Source of the DNA: Paraspadella gotoi | Lineage: Eukaryota > Animalia > Chaetognatha | DNA length: 64,000 nt | Reading direction: 5' to 3' | Assembly: GCA_051294375.1 (NCBI GenBank) | Contig: CM119267.1 | Location: 19,791,546 to 19,855,545, forward strand | Shown: in pieces, positions 1-10,889 of the stretch | How positions within the stretch are numbered: position 1 is the first letter of the stretch | Layout: each line of letters begins with the position of its first letter | Notes under the pieces: model-generated | The model's database searches: none | What the model was told of the DNA's origin: nothing | What the model saw: the letters and a program-made list of their open reading frames with translations, nothing else | Made by a program: the position numbers and the translations under genes

Positions 1-57
1 CTTTTCCTCCCGCTTCCGCTTGAGCGGACGGTGTTCTTGAGAGAGGAAACTGGCCAT
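1..57 (-). CDS. Probable N-terminus of a further gene running off the window (MASFLSQEHRPLKRKREEK...)
   Basis: ATG at 57 in GAAATGGCC context, open to the window edge, GC-rich like other exons, NLS-like KRKR. Only 19 codons visible. Confidence 0.35.
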   Translation of the reverse strand, partial: MASFLSQEHRPLKRKREEK

Positions 58-800
58 TTCGATCAACGATTTTGTTTTGTTTTTTTCTTTTTGTTTAAGT
101 TTTAAGTTAATTTCTCGCAAATGTTTTTAACGTTAGTTTTATTTTTTTTTGGTTCCAGTTCCTCTTCCTCTTTCCACAGGAAGAAAGTGTCTCCTTCGCC
201 CGCGAAACGAACCGTGCCCGCCTTCAGAGGCAGATCGAATCGCAGGAGCCTCACATCGTCGACAACAAAATCAGTTTCTGTCTTTCGCCACTTATCTTCT
301 AAAGAGAACGTTACACAGGAGATTATATGTTTGTAAGAGTGAAAAGTCGCGGAGTTAGTCGTACATTGTATTTATTAATTGGGTTACAATCGCAATATTT
401 TTTTTTTGCTCACATCGCGGGAAATAAAACCTTTCTTTGGTCACGCTAGCGGGGGGTAGAGCGTATTATTACAGGCGACGGAGTTAAGGGGAGCTAACGG
501 GCCCGTCAATTGAATAATTAAACCAAAATGAAGAGGTACTTTCTCCGGAGTCCTACCCGCGAATCCGGCAAATCATGATTTTTTTTAAATTCGCAATGGA
601 GTTATTGCGCTAAGACACCCGCCATGAACGGACGAGGTTGATTGAAATACACACAAAAAAAAAAAACAACCTAAGACAAGGACGCTTTAATTCTCATCAA
701 ACCTAGCTAAGAGGAAAAAAAAAATAAAAACAAGTCAAACGAAATAAAAGTTAACTATTTCGAAAGAAAATTATCGTGAGAGATCTTCGAACAGAGGCTT

Positions 801-1652
801 TCATTTTTCCTCGCACCATTCGTTCTCCTTGCGAACCTACGAAGAAAAAAAGTAAACATTAGAAGCCTGGAAAAAGTAGTAAAATGCTAGGGTTAATTTG
901 ACACGTTTCCTATTCAATTATTCTATGCTACCTGCTCTTCTTCGGCCGGCGTAAAATCGTTCTTGATATTGAAGGTCTTCCTGATTTCTTCGGGGGTCTT
1001 CCCTTTGATCATGTTCGCCACCTGCAGAGCCGCGAAATCAACCGAATAAACATCGAGCAGAAATTTTCTACAATCTACAGTTGACTCACCGTTTTGCAAG
1101 TGACATCCAAAAGCCCCTTGATGTCGAGATAATTGGCGGCGAGGATGAGCTCGAAAAGAGTTCCCTGATCAACCTGAGAGACGGGAGAAAAGATATGAAG
1201 AGAAGTTCAATCGCACAACAATATAAAATAAAAAACCTACCTTGAGAAACTCGATGTCCCAGGACGGAATGTCATCAGTTCTCTTCTCCCGGTTGTCGTC
1301 GTCCTCGGGCGGGGGAGGATCGTCCTTGTGATAGGTGCACCATTGAATCACTTTCTGTTTCGGGGGGAAAGTAGAAAGGGAGGGGGAAATAATTAAATAG
1401 ACATTAAATCTTTCAGTTTTTTCTTCAAAATAAATCTTCATAAACTATGACAATCTTGTTTCGCCATTAGCCAAAAATCGAGTCAACCTTCAAGATAGCG
1501 GCGTTGACGTTGGGCAGCGGGATGGCCTCGTCATCCTCCTCGTCCATGCCGAGGTCTTCGAGCATCGTCTTGATGGTGACCGAAAGCTTGGCGATCTCCA
1601 CGTCCACCTCGAAAATCTCCCCGTCGGAGCTCTGGAGCTTGATGTTCGGCAT
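801..1652 (-). CDS. SKP1: S-phase kinase-associated protein 1 (5 exons: 1652-1488, 1354-1241, 1173-1090, 1021-932, 836-801)
   Basis: Spliced translation [22 protein letters not shown]...[23 protein letters not shown]...[51 protein letters not shown]...[11 protein letters not shown]. All introns GT-AG and in phase. Confidence 0.97.
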
Positions 1653-2431
1653 CTTTCGTTTTATTTCGTGCGCGAATCGCGATTTTATTAAAACTTTTTT
1701 AGTGTCTTGGAACAAAGGGAAGATTATTCCTGTGACGAGAGATGACTGAACACCAAGATTATCGGAGGATCTGAAATGGGGAGGTCAGACAGAAGTCAGT
1801 AGGAGACGGAGAGGGAATAAGGTGAAGTTAGGTTAAATTTTTTTTTTAAGTAGGCAATTGACAATTTTTTTCATTGCTTAGCAAATTAGCACTTAATAAA
1901 AAATATTCAAGCAATTTAAATTTACGCCCATAAAGTATAATTAACTTAATTTTAAAATCAAGTTCATAAATGTAAAAATCATAAAATTGAGACCGGTCAT
2001 AACAGCTTTTAGAGCAAAAACACACGTTGGGCGTGAGGGAGATAGTAAATAGGTTTAAGCAAAATATATACCAAGTGAAAATAATTTATAAGATATTAAA
2101 TAGGAAAAAAAAATATAGAAAAGTAACCGACACCAGAAAAATTACTTATGATAATTTAAATAAAAATGTTTTACTTCAGGAATTTCAGCTTAGTCTAACT
2201 TACATCTTCACCTTCAGACTCTATAAAACAGCAAAAATGATTAAGGACAGGAGCGAAGCAGTAAATATAAATATGGAAAAAATATATATATTACTATGAA
2301 AATGACTAGATAGATTGACGTTTTCAAATGCGACAAAGAATACTCTAAATTACAGACAGTCGTCAATGGTAGCAAAAACTAGTTATTTTTTGGTTTTTTT
2401 TTTTTTTAATATCGTGAGTTAAGATAGATAT

Positions 2432-5400
2432 TCAGTTTTTTCCGGCCCCGATCTGGCTCATCATAATTGTCATAACTTCTTCGAGCTTGAGCGCGGCGGA
2501 GGTGTCGCCGTTGACTTTGAGGTCGCCGCACATATAAGCGTGAAAGACGGAGAGTTCTCCTCGAAGGAGTTGAGGAAACCTAGACGCCGGTAGGGAGATG
2601 CAAGCGTCGGGGGAATTCGAAGGCAGCGGACCCTCACCCACGGAACCTAAAAAAGAAAATTAGGCTTGATGAGCGGGGTTTGAACGACGGACCACGACGA
2701 GAGTTTATGTCCAACAGGCTAATGACTGTGGCGGGTTCGGCTCAATCAATCGAAAAACTGTCCAGGTAAAAATAGAAAAGTTCACGCTAAACTTCGAAAA
2801 CTCACCCAATCCGTGTTTGAGATCCAAGAAAAAACGAAGCGAATCTCCGGACGGCCCCAGATCCTCCAAAGTAATCTCGTACGTGGATCCGATGCTGCGG
2901 ACGAGTTTCTCCGACAAGACGCCGCTCAGCACGCCGAGAAACAACCGCGTCAACTCCCTAATTTGAACGCCTTCCGATGACACCGGGGCTTGGCCGGAAG
3001 AGTCGACCTCCGTAACGTCCGGCTCCTTAGCTGGAATGGGAGGATTCACCACTTTCTTCGTCACAGCGACGGGGGTCCCACTTTCCACGCCCATCAATTT
3101 CGGCGCCAGTTGTTGAAAGATGGCGCTCATGCTGTCTGGAGCGGAGGAATTCCCTGTTCCGGCGGAGATTCCCGAGAGAAAATGGGCGAGTTGGCCGAAC
3201 CCCGGATGGCGGGACTCTTCCCTCGGCTCTTGCAGAACTTTGGGTTTGGAAATTAAGACTTGGCCCACTTCGCAGCCCCACTGGCAGCAGGTTTCGTTGA
3301 GGATCTTTTGCAGTTTGGATCCGAGAACCTTGAATTAGTTTTAGTGGAAGAAGATGAGAGTAAAAAAGGTGGCGAAGTTATGCAAAAGCATCCAGCAGAA
3401 ATGTTTAACCTGGCTATCATTCTGCAGCTCGTGAAGGGTAAGTGTAGATACGTTATTGATTAGCGTCGTTTTTGCGAGAGCGCGAATGGAGAGATCGAGG
3501 TCCTGAACGAAAAGCGTCGCCTGCAGAGGATCGCAGGTCCTAAAGTAGACGTCTGCTCCGATCTCCACCCCGGCACCGTCTTTGATTAAAACCGTTTGAG
3601 GCGGAACGAAAAATGCACGCATGCGCATATCGATGCGGTGATGCCTCGGAAGAAGGGAAAGGAAACGTATTTAAAACTAATCGTGTTGCTAATTATATTT
3701 AGGCAAAATTCGAATTTTGAGTCGAACCACAACTGACAAACAAAAGATTATTACACTGAGAAAAAATAAGTAAATAAAATAAAATAAAACAAAATAATAC
3801 ATTATTATGTATTATTAATCTTTAGTAAAATTTGACAAAAGAGTTGTTCTTTTTAAAAAAAAAAAACAAGTTATTCCGTATATAAATGATGAGACCATGA
3901 CTGTTCCCTCCGCACCGTCGTGTGCTGTTATCGAGCGAGATACGGCGAGAATCAGCTGAGCCGAATCAACTCATTAGATTTCGGTCACTCGTGGAAGCAA
4001 TCTTCCTCGGTCACTAAGAGGCGAGACCCGAGTCATTACATGACCACTGGTGAAAAAAGACCACCAGCGTGGAGACCCAAATAAGAATGTGTCCAATATC
4101 GACTATTTTCATTTACGTTTGTGCTCTTCATTTCTTCATTTATCTGAGCGGAATTTTTAAGATTTTTCTGGTCGGAGACCTCCAAGCAAAAGATACAGAA
4201 CAAATTCAAAGTAATAAAACAAGCGTCAGCGACGAAAGGTGAGTAGTAAAAATCATGAAAATCCCTTTTTTTCCTACTTTTAGTTAGATAAGGCAATTGA
4301 CTCCGAAACCAGTGACTGCGCCAATACATATAAACAGATCAAATTGATACACTACTAAAGTGCCTTTATTTTTAAATAAAAAATAGTATGAATTCATGTA
4401 CTAAATATTTAATTAATCCAAGTCAAACAAATTACAGGAATCAACAATCAATTAATCGGGCAAAAAGGAACCGTCAGAACCTTCTAGTCTCGCAACCTGC
4501 CATGGACGACTTAGAGCCAAGCATTGGGATCAACAACCACATCCTCCGCATTTCAAAGCAGAAGCTTAAGCCTAAAGTGAGCAAGGACAACCGCGCCAAG
4601 GGCGTCTCCAGGAGCCTCGAGAGGAGCATGCATGTCGTCGGTGTCATTCGAAAGGTCCATGCCGATCTCGCCAGCTATTTCTATCCGCCCTCGCCGGAAT
4701 TCGTGGCGATTCCAGAGGAGGCAATCGAAGAGGAGGCAATCGAAGAGGAGGCAATCGAAGAGGAGGCAATCGAAGAGGAGGCAATCGAAGAGGAGGCAAT
4801 CGAAGAGGAGGCAATCGAAGAGGAGGCAATCGAAGAGGAGGCAATCGAAGAGGAGGCAATCGAAGAGGAGGCAATCGAAGAGGAGGAGAAAAACGGCGAA
4901 ATCGAGAACGAAGGGTCGGAAAACGAGAGTGCCCTCATCGCGGCCGACGAATTTACGCGCTCCTCAGACGTTGTCATAAACCAGAGAAACGAGAAGGAAA
5001 AATATTCCTCCGCGAACGAGTCGAAGACCCCTCTCTCCGAACACGCCGCAAAAGAGTCAAAAACCCCTCGCTTCGAACAGGCCGCCGACGAGAACGAGAA
5101 CTTCGCGAGAAGTATCTCCAGGAACGGAACGACCGCGAATTCTCCAGAGGAATCGAGACGCTCTTCTCAGAATACTGTGGAAGAAGACCCGGCAATGTGC
5201 AAACCTGCATTGCTTAGGATTGAATAAATACCAATTGTAATTAGATTAGCTTCAGTTTGACCATCAACTCGCGAAAATTGCGCAATGCGCGCATATTTTG
5301 CCCACTGTATACGCGTCGTCGTAGTTACAATTTGTTATCGATTTCGTTTTGACGGAATCGAATTTTTTTTATTCCAGCATGTTAGTTACATATTTTCAGT

Positions 5401-8400
5401 TCTTAAGCAAGGAAACTAATAAAAAAAATTTTACCTCAAATTGTAAAAATTGTTTTCACTCACACGTCTATGCATGGTAGTAGGACGACTGGACCGGGGC
5501 CTTTGGGCTCCTGCATGCGGCCCAGTCGAAAGATGACGAGACGTTCATAGTTGGATATGATTTTGAGGCAGAAAAAGAGGGAAAGAGGAAAGGAGAAGAC
5601 GACGAGCATGTAGCAGGTGCAGACTACGCACCAGTTCACTGAATAAGGATATCATAAAGATTAAATATTTTCTAAAAACTGGTGATTAAAAAACAAGTTT
5701 GAGCAAACAATGTCGGATCTGCCTACGATAATTAAGTGGTTATAAGCTAACTTGGTCAACTTGCATAATTTAATCAACTTGCATTATTTGGTCAACTGGC
5801 ATAATTTTGTCAGCTGACATAATTTAACTGACAATTTGGTCAATTAGCATATTTTTGTCAATTGGCATAATTTGGTCGGTCAATCAATCAGAGAGAGAGA
5901 GTAACTTAAAAAAATTCAAATAAATGTGTCTTTTGGTTTTCTAATTTGAACTCTTTTCCACTCCTACGATTCCATCAAAAAATTTATATCCAGCTTCATC
6001 ACATACTTTCCTACCCACACACAAAATTTCATTTCAATTTATCTATCCAATTTTTAATAAATATGAGTAAATTTAAATAAATATGACTTTTGTTTTTTCC
6101 ATTTAAACCAATTTCCACTCGCACGATTCCATCAAAATTTCATACCAATCCATCCATCCAATCACGAGTAATTGAAGTTTTTTTGCTAAGGACGGACGGA
6201 CATCATTTTTTTTTAATTTATCATAATTCGAGGTTCTGATATGATAATGATTTACCGACAATATTTTGGGGTGGGACCGTCAGACCGTCAAAGTGAATTA
6301 TAGAGTCAGAATCTGCTGATAAGCAGATCCGACTAAAAACGTTTCAACTGGTGAACGTAACTAAAGGATACCGTAGAAAAATGTTAGGTCACTGTCCCTG
6401 AAAACAATTTTTAGTTTAAACTTTATTGAAGTAATCCTTTCTTTTTCGTTGTTACTATTAATTAGAGAATTGACAAAGTTTTTGTTTGCAACGAATTTTA
6501 TTTATAGTTGAACAGACATGTTTCGACTTGTTTTACAAGTCTTCATCAGCGTTTTGACAGAATGGTTTAAAATTTGTGCATAGAAGAAAGAGAGAAAGAG
6601 AGAGAGAAGAGAGAGAATAGGGTAAAAGTTTTCCAACAAAGTGGTGAGACAGAATAGTGGTCAGATGAGAGGACAGGTAAGGTGAGGACAGATTGAATAA
6701 GTTGTGAAAAGAAGTGAAACTTAGAGAGAGAGAGAGAGAGAGAGAGAGAACAGGGATAAATAATAATAAATGATACATTGTGCAATGTACAACAAAGATA
6801 AATGCTTTGAAACTAAAATTAGTAAAATTTAACAATTGTATAGTGGATAAATAGTTAAGGGATAGAAAGTGAAAAATGAAATGAAATTTGTGTGAAAAAT
6901 GAAATATGAGAATTTTAAGTGTTAAGTAAATGATTAAATGAAATTTAAGGAGTAAGAAAGAGCTCAAAATGAGCTGGCCCCCTTGGTTTATGCAAATGAA
7001 GGGCATGGACGATGGTGACGGGTCATTGGCGCGTCAGTGGCTGAGAGGAGAGTGCGACTGAACTGTAAATTCTGTACCGGGGATTGTACAGGCGGAAAAA
7101 TTCCCAATGCCACTCTTATGTCTCTCTGACCTGATACGCCTGCCGGCTGCCCTCTTCTCGCCTGCTGGCGAGGTGGGCGATTGTCTATTTTTGCCACTTT
7201 TGCGACAGGGATGATAGACTCCTCTCCTTCCTCCTGAAGCCGTCGTTTTGGGCGACGCTCAGTCCACAGAGAGAGGGACTGAGTTGCTGCATTAGAAGGA
7301 GTGGATCGTTTGCCCATTGCCTGCGTAAGGGTCTCCGCCTGTCTCTGTTGAGTGGAGACGGGGGAATCATTGTGCGGGCGTGGTGGGGGCGGGGCCTCCA
7401 CATATATTTTAGTTTCAAAGCATTTATCTTTGTTGTACATTGCACAATGTATCATTTATTATTTATTTATCCCTGTTCTCTCTTCTCTCTCTCTCTAAGT
7501 TTCACTTCTTTTCACAACTTATTCAATCTGTCCTCACCTTGACCTGTCCTCTCATCTGACCACTATTCTGTCTCACCACTTTGTTGGAAAACTTTTACCC
7601 TATTCTCTCTCTCTCTCTCTTTCTCTCTCTTCTTATGCACAAATTTTAAACCATTCTGTCAAAACGCTGATGAAGACTTGTAAAACAAGTCGAAACATGT
7701 CTGTTCAACTATAAATAAAATTCGTTGGCAAACAAAAACTTTGTCAATTCTCTAGTTTAAACTTTAAAGACTACAGAAGGCTTCTTATTATAAAATGTGG
7801 TACCCATTTTTTGTGACCAGAATCTGTTCCCACCAAACTACCGGATAGAATTTCATGAAATTTTACATTTAGAGTTCTAATGACAAAATAAATGGAATTA
7901 TCGAGTTGAATTTTAATATTGAACCCCTGGGGCTGGACCCCTGGGGGGCCAAAAAATGCTTAATTTTTTTTTTTCCATTTTTTAAAATTTTTTAGGAGAA
8001 TCAGGTTTATCGATGTTTTAAACAGAAATATTTTTTAAAACTAAAAATAAAAAAAATTTTGCTAATTAATCGGTGTTTGAAAATGCATGGTTCATCGTTT
8101 TTCTCCAAATTTTCCAGAATTATTCCAAATCTGACTTGAACAGCTGATGTTCATGAAGCTGAAACTTATGGTAAACTAATATTTTTGTGGAAAACAAAAA
8201 AAAAAAAACAAAAAAACAAATTGACTATTTTTTGCCCCCATGAGTGACCCCTACCGGGCTCCATATCTCACCTCAGGGGTCAAATGTTGAAATTCGCCTC
8301 GATATTTCTATTTGTATTCACATAAGGATCGTTCATACCAAATTTCATTAAAATCTATTCAATAGTTTTCTCGGAAGGTGTTCTGGTCACAAAAAAATGG

Positions 8401-10180
8401 TACCACATTTTATAATATGGAGCCTTTTGTAGATTGTAATCAATTTTTAGTCTGTATTATGAAGATATGAAAGGGTAAGACATGTAATTTAAGATAAAGC
8501 AGTTTTAACTGGCTATTAGGGTGGAGTGATGAAAAGATTGAATGATTGAACATTATTTTTTTGCTGCTTATGGACATAATTAAAACAAGTTTGAGCAAAC
8601 AATGTCGGATCTGCCCACAATCATTATCGGTAATTAATTATTAAATAATAAAAGTTAATTAATTAGGCAATTAATTTATTAATTTGATCCAAAATATTTG
8701 TTTTGATTAACTGATTAATTAATTATTGATTGACTAATTAATTAACTGATTATTTGATTAATTAATACATCTTGCATTTACATTTAAAGAAAAAGAAGCA
8801 TAGTCAATTAGTGAAACAGGTTCTTTGTTTTTTCCATTTAAACTCATTTCTACTCGAAAGATTCCATCGAAACTTGATTTCCAGTTTAATCACACACTTT
8901 TCTACCCAAATACAAAATTTTAAGTCAATCGCCCCATCCACTTATGAGTAATTGGTGTTCAAATAGTGAAATATATTTTTTTGTTTTATTTAATCTCATT
9001 TCCACTCGGACGATTCCATCAAAACTTCATATCCAGCTCAATCACACACTTTCCTACCCACACACAAAATTTCATTCCAATCCATCCATCCAATCACGAG
9101 TAATTGGTGTTTTTTGCTAAGGTAGGACGGATGGACATATGGACATCGTTTTTTTTTGTATAATTTTTTATAATTGTATAATGTTTTGACATAATATAAG
9201 TAAATGCCCGACAAAATGGAGGGGGCGGACCAAATGACCGACAAAGTGAATTATAGAGTCAGGATCTGCTGAGAGCAGATCCGACTAAAAATTTAAATCC
9301 TTTTAAATTTTTTTTAGCATAAAAGTAAATACAATTATTTATAAAGTAATATCCTTATAAAATCGTTAAATTTAAAAAAAAAGTTTTTTATTTTTAAGAA
9401 CAGATTTGGATTCGTTGTAAAAAACTAAAAAACTTTTATAAAATATATTATATGATATTTTAATGTTTGTATCGCAAAAAATGATTAAGACGTTTATATA
9501 AGTTTCTATTACAGAGAATAAAAAAATCATGAATTTTCATTTTTTTCCCCGTTTTAAACGCTGAAGATGACAGAAATTTTGATAACATGTTTTATATTTT
9601 TGATTCAACTTTTTATGAAAAATCTGAATCTCTATTAAAAGTTTTTAAAAAAAATATTTTAAAAATTTACTATTTTATAAAAATATTATTACAAATATAT
9701 TATATTTTACTATTCAGTTCCCGAGACAATATGAACAAAATATTTTTTATATGAGTTAATCATACTATTTTACAGTTAAATATCCTTTCTCGATCATTCG
9801 AATAAATTTTTTGTTCTTGCCTTAGCCAGTCAAATTCAAGTGACGAATCATTTATCGGCAAATGCTTAATTTATTGAACCATTGATTTTTAAAGTAGACC
9901 GTTTGCTTTCAATTGAATTATATACCCTCCCTAATGACATCGGCTCGTCTCACTCGAATGTAAAGAAAGCAAAAATCATTGCAGAAAACTCACTACCTGC
10001 GATGTCACAAAAAGATCGAGAATGCTCCCACTCTCCAGCTTCACCATGTCGGAAACCGCTTTCTACTCCATAGTTTTTTGACCACCGCTGCGATTGACTT
10101 GCAGAGTTATAGGAAAATATTGATTTGTAGCTGATCGGCTGAACAGGGTTCAGTTTGGCGTATTTTGTGATGCTAGTCAT
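2432..10180 (-). CDS. STOML1: Stomatin-like protein 1 (SPFH/band-7 plus C-terminal SCP2 sterol-binding domain); exons ~10180-9997, 5638-5464, 3644-3410, 3328-2806, 2646-2432
   Basis: Hydrophobic segment then YERLVIFRLGRMQEPKGPGPVVLLPCID, RAFFVPPQTVLIKDGAGVEIGADVYFR; C-terminal AYMCGDLKVNGDTSAALKLEEV (SCP2). Splice phases join in frame. Confidence 0.9.
4502..5227 (+). CDS. Putative acidic low-complexity protein nested antisense in STOML1 intron 2 (ORF open from 4388; likely ATG 4502)
   Basis: 279-aa ORF, GCCATGG context at 4502, 11x EEAIE, codon-aligned 12-aa duplication, AATAAA overlapping the stop. No recognisable family. Confidence 0.4.
   Translation: MDDLEPSIGINNHILRISKQKLKPKVSKDNRAKGVSRSLERSMHVVGVIRKVHADLASYFYPPSPEFVAIPEEAIEEEAIEEEAIEEEAIEEEAIEEEAIEEEAIEEEAIEEEAIEEEAIEEEAIEEEEKNGEIENEGSENESALIAADEFTRSSDVVINQRNEKEKYSSANESKTPLSEHAAKESKTPRFEQAADENENFARSISRNGTTANSPEESRRSSQNTVEEDPAMCKPALLRIE
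4715..4879 (+). repeat. Perfect 15-bp tandem repeat (GAGGAGGCAATCGAA) x11
   Basis: Read directly from the sequence. Confidence 0.97.
5693..6335. mobile_element. Non-autonomous Helentron/DINE-1-like element, family A copy 1
   Basis: Begins ACAAGTTTGAGCAAACAATGTCGGATCTGCC. Ends with hairpin ATCTGCTGATAAGCAGAT followed by CCGACTA; subterminal IR GTCGGATCTGC/GCAGATCCGAC. GGAC microsatellite and A-run flanks. Same ends at 8585-9287 and 28865-32006. Confidence 0.75.
6511..6553 (-). ncRNA. Minimal type I hammerhead ribozyme (copy 1)
   Basis: Minus strand reads AACG-CTGATGA-A-GACTTG-TAAAA-CAAGTC-GAAA-CATG-TC-TGTT: conserved core, 6-bp stem II, palindromic stem III, stem I AACG/TGTT. Confidence 0.85.
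7663..7705 (+). ncRNA. Minimal type I hammerhead ribozyme (copy 2)
   Basis: Identical motif on the plus strand: CTGATGA 7667-7673, GAAA 7692-7695, predicted cleavage after C7701. Confidence 0.85.
7771..8432. mobile_element. MITE, probably Tc1/mariner-derived
   Basis: Imperfect TIRs of ~50 bp (CTACAGAAGGCTTCTTATTATAAAATGTGGTACC...GTGACCAGAA / TTCTGGTCAC...GGTACCACATTTTATAATATGGAGCCTTTTGTAG), TA at both ends, non-coding interior. Confidence 0.75.
8585..9287. mobile_element. Helentron/DINE-1-like family A copy 2
   Basis: Same 5' end as 5693; 3' GGATCTGCTGAGAGCAGATCCGACTA; shared internal CACACACTTTCCTACCCACACACAAAATTTC blocks. Confidence 0.75.
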
Positions 10181-10889
10181 TTTGAACGCAACATGATCGG
10201 CCCTAAAGTTCACGCTAAATAGATGTAAAAAGATAAATATTCAAAAATTAAAATTAGTCATGAATGAATGAAGAAAATGGATATTGTAGTAGAACAGTAT
10301 TAGTAGAGAATCGAAACACCAATCACCGGTTTTTTTTAAAAAAGACATTCTTTTTCTTTTCAATTTAAAGAAGTTTTATTTAAAAAATGGTTCAAACCCC
10401 ATAAAAGCTCGTAACTATCATGCGCCCGTTGAAATAAAGAATATCTAACAGGAAGATATGGTGCTTAAAATTTGAGTCGAATATTATCGATCATAAATAA
10501 TGTGAGGTCTCCTTTTCAATATTTTATCAGGTTCCATGAGAAAATATACGAGAAAGTAAAAAAAGTGTTTCTATTCCGATCACAGATAGATTGTATTCTT
10601 GAACCTGACAATATAAAATATTACAAAAATTTCCATCACCAATCATGAGTGTGCAGCGCAATTGGTAAACAAGGGGTTTCAATTTTTATTTCAATAATAT
10701 CTTACAAAATGAACGAAATAAAATCAATGGCAGTGGGCATAATAAGCGAAACCTTAAAAAAATGTAGCGAAAAAATTGAACAAAAAACAATGCCCGCACG
10801 AAACTGCCGTCTTTAATTAAAAAAAACAAAAAAACCCCAAACTATCAAATTTAACATCAATTAAAATAAACATTACCAGTCTAACTCTT

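Larger units (their letters stand above)
6426..7752 (-). mobile_element. Penelope-like element fragment with inverted pseudo-LTRs (arms 6463-6819 and 7406-7754)
   Basis: About 350-bp near-identical inverted repeats, each with a hammerhead core followed by AATAAA. 14-bp direct flank TAGTTTAAACTTTA at 6412-6425 and 7753-7766 (TSD-like). No RT or GIY-YIG visible. Confidence 0.75.

Noticed and set aside
4715-4879. CRISPR-like array
   Set aside because: Head-to-tail repeats without spacers, eukaryotic context, no cas genes.
4632-4979. Alternative-frame ORFs (RRQSK, LPPLR and SSIAS repeats)
   Set aside because: By-products of a stop-free 15-bp repeat.
9558-9592. CTGAAGA...AACATGT as a further hammerhead
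   Set aside because: No pairing stem II and no intact GAAA.
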